The translations under genes were made by a program, and so were the position numbers. This document shows, piece after piece, positions 35,709-41,633 of a DNA stretch of 41,633 nucleotides. The notes beneath the pieces were generated by a model. The model ran no database searches, had not been told where the DNA came from, and saw only the letters and a program-made list of their open reading frames with translations. This DNA comes from an uncultured Elusimicrobium sp. Lineage in GTDB: Bacteria > Elusimicrobiota > Elusimicrobia > Elusimicrobiales > Elusimicrobiaceae. The stretch is from positions 1-41,633 of the forward strand of contig CACXHA010000040.1 of assembly GCA_902767385.1 (NCBI GenBank). The letters run 5' to 3'. Each line of letters starts with the position of its first letter. The first letter of the stretch is position 1.

Positions 35709-37009
35709 TTTGAACCTCCGCGTTTTTTGTGCGTAAAAGGCTTGGCCTGCGGACCTACATAATCCGCCACTTTTTGCCCTTTGCCGCGCAATTTATATTT
35801 GTAAATCGTAAGCCCGTTAAGCCCCACTGGTCCACGTGCATGCGTTTTGCCGGTACTAATACCCACTTCGGCCCCAAACCCATAGCGGTATCCGTCTGCA
35901 AAACGGGTAGAAGCATTGTGATATACCCCGGCACTATCTACTAAGTTTAAGAATAGTTCCGCTTCTTGGGAATCTTGCGTCACAATTGCGTCCGTATGGT
36001 GAGAACCGTACGTGTTAATATGGCTAATAGCTTCCCGCACATTGGATACTAATTTAACTGAAAGTTTTTTTTCACCATATTCCGTATGCCAATTTTCCAC
36101 CGGCCCCGCCACCGGAGTCAACGCGGCAACACGTTCGTCCCCATATAATGTAACGTCGTGTTGCGTCAATGTTTGCAAAAGTTTTTGCTGATTTTCCACC
36201 GGCCAATTTTCATTTATTAAAAGCGTTTCTAACGCATTACACGCGGCGGGATATTGCGTTTTAGCATCTATCGCTAGCGCACACGCCATGGTTGCATCCG
36301 CCATAGCTGAAATATACATATGGCACACCCCGTCCGCATGTCCTAAAACGGGAATACGGGTGTTTGCTTTAACATATGCCAAAAGTGCACTTCCCCCACG
36401 CGGAATAATCAAGTCAACAAAAGCATCTTCCTTAAGCATTTGGGCAGATTCTTCGCGCGAGGTAAGTAGCGCAAACGTACCCTGCGGATAACCGGGCAAT
36501 GTACCCAAAGCATTTAAAATTGTTTCCATCAGTACTGTATTGGTGTGTAACGCCTCTTTGCCGCCTTTAAGCAAAGCCGCATTGCCGGACTTAATAGCCA
36601 ACGCGCAAATTTGTGGGATCACGTCCGGCCGGGCTTCAAAAATAATCCCCAGTACTCCAATAGGACAAGAAATTTTTTGCAACACAAGTCCCTCGTCCAA
36701 TTCCGTTTCCTCTAAAATAAGTCCCACCGGGTCAGGCAAACTAAGTAGCTCCTCCATACCGCGTACGGTAGTTTCCAGTTTTTCTGAGGAGAGTTTCAAC
36801 CGTTCATACAAAGACGGTTTCATACGACCTGCGCCGACTTCCGCATTAGCCGCTTGCAAATCAAGCGCATTGGCTTGTAAAATTTCGTCCGCATGTGCGC
36901 GCAACGCTTGCGCCACGCTGCGTAAAGCCGTATCTTTAACTTCAGTAGGCAACGTAGCTAATACAAAAGAGGCGTTTTTGGCACGCTGAGCCAACTCTGT
37001 TACGTTCAT
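35705..37009 (-). CDS. proA: Glutamate-5-semialdehyde dehydrogenase
   Basis: PIGVLGIIFEARP, DLIIPRGG, ACNALETLL, HNASTRFADG, GAEVGIST..HARGPVGL. Confidence 0.97.
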   Translation of the reverse strand: MNVTELAQRAKNASFVLATLPTEVKDTALRSVAQALRAHADEILQANALDLQAANAEVGAGRMKPSLYERLKLSSEKLETTVRGMEELLSLPDPVGLILEETELDEGLVLQKISCPIGVLGIIFEARPDVIPQICALAIKSGNAALLKGGKEALHTNTVLMETILNALGTLPGYPQGTFALLTSREESAQMLKEDAFVDLIIPRGGSALLAYVKANTRIPVLGHADGVCHMYISAMADATMACALAIDAKTQYPAACNALETLLINENWPVENQQKLLQTLTQHDVTLYGDERVAALTPVAGPVENWHTEYGEKKLSVKLVSNVREAISHINTYGSHHTDAIVTQDSQEAELFLNLVDSAGVYHNASTRFADGYRYGFGAEVGISTGKTHARGPVGLNGLTIYKYKLRGKGQKVADYVGPQAKPFTHKKRGGSK

Positions 37010-38151
37010 AAAAGTACAATGTTATCCCGGTGGACTACTTCGTCATAGTTTTTGGACCCAATTTTTTTAGCAATATCGGCGGAAGAACAGCCGGCTAATT
37101 TCGCACACTCCGCACTGGAGTAATTGCTAAGTCCGCGGGCAATTTCGTGGTCTTTTTCGTCCAAAATAGAAATAGCATCCCCCCGTTCAAATTCCCCTGC
37201 CACACCGATAATACCAATGGGCAAGAGCGAAGAACCTTTCTCTTGCAAGGCCTTTACCGCCCCGGCATTGACACGTACTCCGCCGGATACGTTGGTCGCA
37301 TAAGCCAACCACAACTTGCGGCCCGGCAAATCGGCAGTCGGTAAAAACAAAGTTCCCTTATACTGCGGGCCCCACAAAGCACTAATTGCACCCGTCTGTT
37401 TCCCGTAACTAATGACCATAGCTGCCCCGGAACGGGTCACAATTTTGGCCGCTTCTAATTTTGTTTTCATACCGCCGCGTCCGCGCGAAGAAGCACAAAA
37501 CCCCAAGGCCTCAATTTCGGGCGAAATTTTGCGCACAATTTCCAAACGTTTGGCTTGTTTGTTTTTGCGCGGGTCTGCATTATAAAGGCCTTCCACATCA
37601 CTTAAAATACATAATAAGTCTGCATCCATACCCGCCGTTACCAAAGCAGCTAATTTGTCGTTATCGCTAAAACAAACTTTGACCCCTTTGTCTTTATAAC
37701 CGCGCAGCTCGTTGGTGGAAACTGTATCGTTCTGGTTGATAACCGGGATACATCCTAATTCTAAGAGCCGGTTTAACGTATCGCGCAAGCTTAAATAACG
37801 GGCACGGCTGGCAAAATCGTCCTCGGTAAGTAGCACTTGCGCGCACACGACGCCTAACTCTTTAAAACCGCGCTCATAAAATTTCATCAGCCCGATTTGC
37901 CCCACCGCCGCGCAAGCTTGTTTTAATGAAACACCGTCAGCATCAGCCAGGCCTAACACGCGTTTGCCCATGCCTACCGCGCCGGAAGTTACCACAATAA
38001 TTTCTTTACCTTGTGTACGCAGGGCTGCTAAATCTTCCATAAACGAGTACAAGCGCGAAAGCGCCAACTCGCCTTTGTCGGTACTTAACGCATTGGTACC
38101 AAATTTAAAAACAATGCGTTTTGATTTTTTAAGAATTTCTGCCGGGGTCAT
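37006..38151 (-). CDS. proB: Glutamate 5-kinase with PUA domain
   Basis: VFKFGT, VTSGAV, AAVGQ, NQNDTV, DNDKLAA, GGMKTKL, C-terminal PUA domain ending HRDN. Confidence 0.96.
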   Translation of the reverse strand: MTPAEILKKSKRIVFKFGTNALSTDKGELALSRLYSFMEDLAALRTQGKEIIVVTSGAVGMGKRVLGLADADGVSLKQACAAVGQIGLMKFYERGFKELGVVCAQVLLTEDDFASRARYLSLRDTLNRLLELGCIPVINQNDTVSTNELRGYKDKGVKVCFSDNDKLAALVTAGMDADLLCILSDVEGLYNADPRKNKQAKRLEIVRKISPEIEALGFCASSRGRGGMKTKLEAAKIVTRSGAAMVISYGKQTGAISALWGPQYKGTLFLPTADLPGRKLWLAYATNVSGGVRVNAGAVKALQEKGSSLLPIGIIGVAGEFERGDAISILDEKDHEIARGLSNYSSAECAKLAGCSSADIAKKIGSKNYDEVVHRDNIVLL

Positions 38152-38876
38152 ACTTCCTCTTTACAAGAAGAAAATTCACACTCGTTTTTAAACGCGCACT
38201 CACTACAATACTGCGTGTTGGGGGTAAAATCTTGTGCTTCTATTTTCTTTCCTGTTTCAATAAATGTGTTTAAAATTTTTGTTTCGTCAAATTCATCAAA
38301 ATTGGCACTTTGCGTTTGGTTAAAAGCCGTAAAATAAAACGTGGCTTTTCCCTTTTGCATATTCCACGCACGCCGGGCCCCCACACAGTAAATGCCTAAT
38401 TGCAAGGAGTCCGTTACCGGCAAACTTAAATCCACATCCGTCCCGGTTTTATAGTCAATAACTTCCCACGTACCATCTGGGTATTTATCAATGCGGTCAA
38501 TTTTCCCGCGCAAAGTCCACCCGTCATACTCAAAAATAAATTCACGCTCGGTACTATCCACCGTAGTTTTGCGTTCATACTCCCGCTGGGCATATTCTTC
38601 CATCATTTTTTTGCCCTTTAAGTACCACTCCATTTGCTCGCCGGCACTACTATATCCGGCCCCTAACCAGCAATCATCATAATAATTAAGCAGTTCGGAA
38701 GGGTCGTTACTTTCGGCATGGTAAGCCTCCAATGCGCGATGAATGGAAACGCCTAATGAAGAGGCCGGTACCAGCCCTTCACGTTTGCCGTCTATATATT
38801 TGTACTTGTACAAGAGGGGGCACTCTTGATAGGTTTTAATTTTGGAATAATTAAGCTCGTGCACGTCGCTATACAT
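38148..38876 (-). CDS. PD-(D/E)XK nuclease, RecB/AddB/Cas4-like, with four Fe-S cysteines
   Basis: YQECP, GVSIH, E..F, GKIDRID, IDYKTG, QLGIY, CSECAFKNEC; start reassigned to MYSDV. Confidence 0.87.
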   Translation of the reverse strand: MYSDVHELNYSKIKTYQECPLLYKYKYIDGKREGLVPASSLGVSIHRALEAYHAESNDPSELLNYYDDCWLGAGYSSAGEQMEWYLKGKKMMEEYAQREYERKTTVDSTEREFIFEYDGWTLRGKIDRIDKYPDGTWEVIDYKTGTDVDLSLPVTDSLQLGIYCVGARRAWNMQKGKATFYFTAFNQTQSANFDEFDETKILNTFIETGKKIEAQDFTPNTQYCSECAFKNECEFSSCKEEV

Positions 38877-38877
38877 A

Positions 38878-39462
38878 TTAGGACTCCTGCGTGTGGCGGA
38901 TAAAGCGCACCAACGTATCCCCATATTTTTCGGTGCGAAAAACTTCCATCCCAACCGGGATGGCAAATTCTTCGGTTTTATGGGTTTGAATTACTAAAAG
39001 CCCTTTGGGGGCCAGGAGTTTAGCGTCGGCTACGTTTTTTAAAGACGGCCCTGAAAGCGAAAGCATTTTGTTGTTAATATCGCGGTAAGGCGGGCCCATA
39101 AAAATAATATCATAGCCGTCATTATCGCTATAGGCCAGCAGCCAATCAAGCGGTTTTAAAATATCTCCGCGCAGCACCTTAGCACGCTCTTCAAAACCCA
39201 AATGCACCAAATTGCGGTGAATATTTTTAATGCACGCAGGCTCTTTTTCTACCATGACCGCTTTTAAAGCGCCGCGGCTTAACGCTTCCAAAGACACGTT
39301 ACCGGTACCGGCAAACAAATCCAAAAATTTTGCCCCGGTAATACGCGGACGCAAAATATCAAACAGTGACTGTTTGATCCGGTCCGAAATAGGTTTTACC
39401 GGTAAATTTTTGGAAACCGAAAAAATCCGTCGTCCACGTGCGGTACCTGCAATAATACGCAT
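38878..39462 (-). CDS. rsmD: 16S rRNA m2G966 methyltransferase
   Basis: MRIIAGTARGR, LDLFAGTG, EALSRGA, FMGPPY, KYGDT. Confidence 0.92.
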   Translation of the reverse strand: MRIIAGTARGRRIFSVSKNLPVKPISDRIKQSLFDILRPRITGAKFLDLFAGTGNVSLEALSRGALKAVMVEKEPACIKNIHRNLVHLGFEERAKVLRGDILKPLDWLLAYSDNDGYDIIFMGPPYRDINNKMLSLSGPSLKNVADAKLLAPKGLLVIQTHKTEEFAIPVGMEVFRTEKYGDTLVRFIRHTQES

Positions 39463-39471
39463 AAAAACTCC

Positions 39472-40113
39472 TTATAATTGGGCAATACCTTCTTTAAGCG
39501 CGTAACGCACCAACTCGGCTTGTTTGTGGATACCCAGTTTGCGCATAATGTTATTGCGATGCACATGAATCGTGTTTAAAGAAAGCGTAAAATGTTTGGC
39601 AATTTGCTTGCTGCTGTATCCTTCGGCAATGAGTTGCAGCACTTCTTTTTCTTTATTGGTTAAATGGGTTCCGTCTTTTTTAGGAGCTCGTTTACCCAAA
39701 AAACCTTGCACTAAAAATTTAGATATTTTACCGCCAAAGTAGAAACGTCCGGCAGCCACTTCCCGCACAGCTTCTAAAAATTCTTCAGCGCGGGAAACCT
39801 TTACCACAAACCCTTTGGCCCCAGCCTTTAAGGCTTTTTCCACAGACACGCGGTCATCATACATACTTAAAATGAGCACCTTGGCGTTGTGATCCTGACG
39901 TAAAAGTTTACTAACTGCTTCCACTCCGTTTAGTACCGGCATGGAAATATCCACAATATATACATCCGCCGGTTTCTTTTTGGCAAGTTCTAATAACTCT
40001 TGTCCGTTGGAAACTTCTCCAATCACTTCAAATTCTTTTTTGTCCGTTTCCAACATCATGCGTACCCCTTGGCGTACTAAAGCATGATCATCTGCTAATA
40101 TAATTTTAATCAT
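39472..40113 (-). CDS. NarL/FixJ (LuxR-HTH) family response regulator
   Basis: LADDHALVRQG, VDISMP..NG, AGAKGFVVK, LTNKEKEVLQLIAEG, HRNNIMRKL. Confidence 0.95.
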   Translation of the reverse strand: MIKIILADDHALVRQGVRMMLETDKKEFEVIGEVSNGQELLELAKKKPADVYIVDISMPVLNGVEAVSKLLRQDHNAKVLILSMYDDRVSVEKALKAGAKGFVVKVSRAEEFLEAVREVAAGRFYFGGKISKFLVQGFLGKRAPKKDGTHLTNKEKEVLQLIAEGYSSKQIAKHFTLSLNTIHVHRNNIMRKLGIHKQAELVRYALKEGIAQL

Positions 40114-41219
40114 TGGTTCCCCTCATACACAAAGCAAGGGCAAGTAACTTTAATTTGAGTTCCTTTCCCCGGCGTACTTAAAATTTCTAATTTCCCACCC
40201 AAAAGGCGGACATTATCTTGCATGGAGCGCAACCCCACATGATTAATGGAGCAGCGTTGCGTTTTTTTAAATCCAATTCCATCGTCCGTTATGGTTAAAA
40301 AGATTTCATCTCGCACCCGTTTTAATTGTACCGATACAGACGTGGCTTGTGCATGCTTAAGCACATTACTAAGTGCTTCTTGCACCAACCGATAAAGCAA
40401 AATTTTAACCCGGTCGCAAATCCCTTTTTCAGGCATTTTTTGCGAGCACACAAACCGATACGTCAGCCGCCCTAGCTCACAAACTTCTTTGACAAGTTCT
40501 TCTATACTGCCGCGTAGCGCCCCGTCGGTATCTAAACTAGGAGGACGCAAAGTAACAATAATATTGCGCAAACGCTCAATACTGTGTTGGGTTTGGGTTT
40601 GCAAGCGTTCTAAATCTTTAAGGGCTTGCTGCCTGTCCCCTTTCTGCACACTTTGTTTGGTTAGGTTAACAAGCGCCGCCAACATTACCGAAGCAGTACC
40701 GATTTCATCATGCAGTGCTTTAGCCACTTCACGCTTTTCAACTTCGCGCGCGGCCAGTAACATTTGGGCAAATGTCCGCGGGGCCGAACCATCCCGCAAA
40801 AAGTTCGTGCTTGCCTGCGAAAGAGTGCTCCAATTTGAAATATTGCGTGTTACGCTCAAAATTTCGTCCACCTTTCCATCTGAGTTGGTAAGCGGCAACA
40901 AAGCGGTTTGATGTACACGCGCGCCTTCCTGCCACTCATAACTATTCGGACGCGCAGTAGCAAATGCCTGGCGTAAATAAGTTTGGTGTAATCCGCAAGG
41001 CGTTGCCATTTCCGCCGCTATTTCCGGCGCAGAGCTGCTACACACCTGCGCGGCAGACGCGGGCGACTTAAAAAGTAAAATCGTATGATATGCCTGCGCA
41101 GAAAACGACGGTGCGCCTTGCCCGGCAACTTTGCCTGTTTTACCCTTACCAATTGTACGAGGACCGGAGCAAGCACTACCGCCTTTTCCCGCAGAAGCGA
41201 AAATTGGCTTAGAACACAT
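40110..41219 (-). CDS. Soluble NarX-type (HisKA_3) sensor histidine kinase
   Basis: KALHDEIG H-box, LRPPSLD, YRLVQEALSNVLKHA, DDGIGF, GLRSM, PGKGT; PAS-like strand pair PL..SDGKV..ILSVTRNI; no TM helix. Confidence 0.9.
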   Translation of the reverse strand: MCSKPIFASAGKGGSACSGPRTIGKGKTGKVAGQGAPSFSAQAYHTILLFKSPASAAQVCSSSAPEIAAEMATPCGLHQTYLRQAFATARPNSYEWQEGARVHQTALLPLTNSDGKVDEILSVTRNISNWSTLSQASTNFLRDGSAPRTFAQMLLAAREVEKREVAKALHDEIGTASVMLAALVNLTKQSVQKGDRQQALKDLERLQTQTQHSIERLRNIIVTLRPPSLDTDGALRGSIEELVKEVCELGRLTYRFVCSQKMPEKGICDRVKILLYRLVQEALSNVLKHAQATSVSVQLKRVRDEIFLTITDDGIGFKKTQRCSINHVGLRSMQDNVRLLGGKLEILSTPGKGTQIKVTCPCFVYEGNQ

Positions 41220-41358
41220 AATCTGCCTCTATAATGATATTGTACTATACTTTGCCTAACCTTGACTATAGCCGTACACAAAAATAATTAATAAGTCCAT
41301 CAATAATAGCCCGAGTTGTTACACCACATAGGGTTCAAGTTTTATATAATGAATTTGT

Positions 41359-41633
41359 ATGGTCAAACGTAAACATACCCCTTTGTATAAGTCTCCCCTC
41401 TTTTTAACGGCAATTGGGGCGGTGCTTGTCGTATTTATTTTGGCCTTTGCGGTATTTATGCGCTATATTTTTTCCGGGCTTCCCCCCGTCTATGAGATGG
41501 AAGAATATACCCCCTCTTTGACTACCAAAGTTTATGACCGCAATAACGAACTAATCCATGAATTTTCCATTGAAAAACGTATGATGGTGCCGTTGGAAGA
41601 AATCCCGGTGGACTTACAAAATGCCGTAGTGGC
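41359..41633 (+). CDS. mrcA: Class A penicillin-binding protein (PBP1A family), 5' part, truncated by the window edge
   Basis: Not in the ORF track; manual translation gives MVKRKHTPLYKSPLFLTAIGAVLVVFILAFAVFMRYIFSGLPPVYEMEEYTPSLTTKVYDRNNELIHEFSIEKRMMVPLEEIPVDLQNAVV (TM, LP, TKVYD, R..V.L.EIP..L.NAVV). Confidence 0.85.
   Translation, partial: MVKRKHTPLYKSPLFLTAIGAVLVVFILAFAVFMRYIFSGLPPVYEMEEYTPSLTTKVYDRNNELIHEFSIEKRMMVPLEEIPVDLQNAVV

Noticed and set aside
36540-36989. 149-aa plus-strand ORF and similar shadow ORFs in proA, accC, nrdD and the kinase gene
   Set aside because: Antisense or alternate frames of conserved genes, with no independent support.
38148-38876. CRISPR-Cas locus suggested by the Cas4-like protein
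   Set aside because: No cas1, cas2, effector genes or repeat-spacer array in the window.

Overview
About 41.6 kb of gene-dense chromosome from a diderm, probably anaerobic bacterium. A PilE-like pilin, lineage-specific secreted proteins and overall gene content suggest Elusimicrobiota, but this is an inference. I found no CRISPR array, rRNA, transposase or integrase. Content in order: 3' part of tRNA-Leu(CAA) with a ~200-nt structured insert; TlpA-like lipoprotein; M23 peptidase read in frame into a bactofilin; SurA-N protein; PfkB kinase; K+-independent H+-PPase; ruvA-ruvB-spoIID-queA; ispH-pfkA-rlmB; an Ala/Lys repeat protein; DUF1646 protein, pilin-like protein, LpoB-like/COG3014/LPP20-like lipoproteins and FKBP; a minus-strand operon accB-like/accC/hldC-like/spt/bcerS-like; tspO; a split class III ribonucleotide reductase plus nrdG; secreted hypotheticals; M29 aminopeptidase; a minus-strand operon (soluble NarL-type two-component pair, rsmD, Cas4/AddB-like nuclease, proBAC, zupT); and the start of a PBP1A gene. 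Best leads: (1) a putative ceramide pathway co-transcribed with biotin carboxylase and a BCCP-like protein lacking the biotin-accepting lysine; (2) an NrdD whose glycyl-radical domain is a separate 74-aa protein, with coiled-coil heptads at the split ends and a long structured leader ending in a terminator-like hairpin; (3) a recurring GGYC-N4-GRCC palindrome upstream of secreted hypothetical genes; (4) a tRNA-anchored mini-element antisense to the tRNA T-arm. All family calls come from motif recognition by eye; no searches were run.
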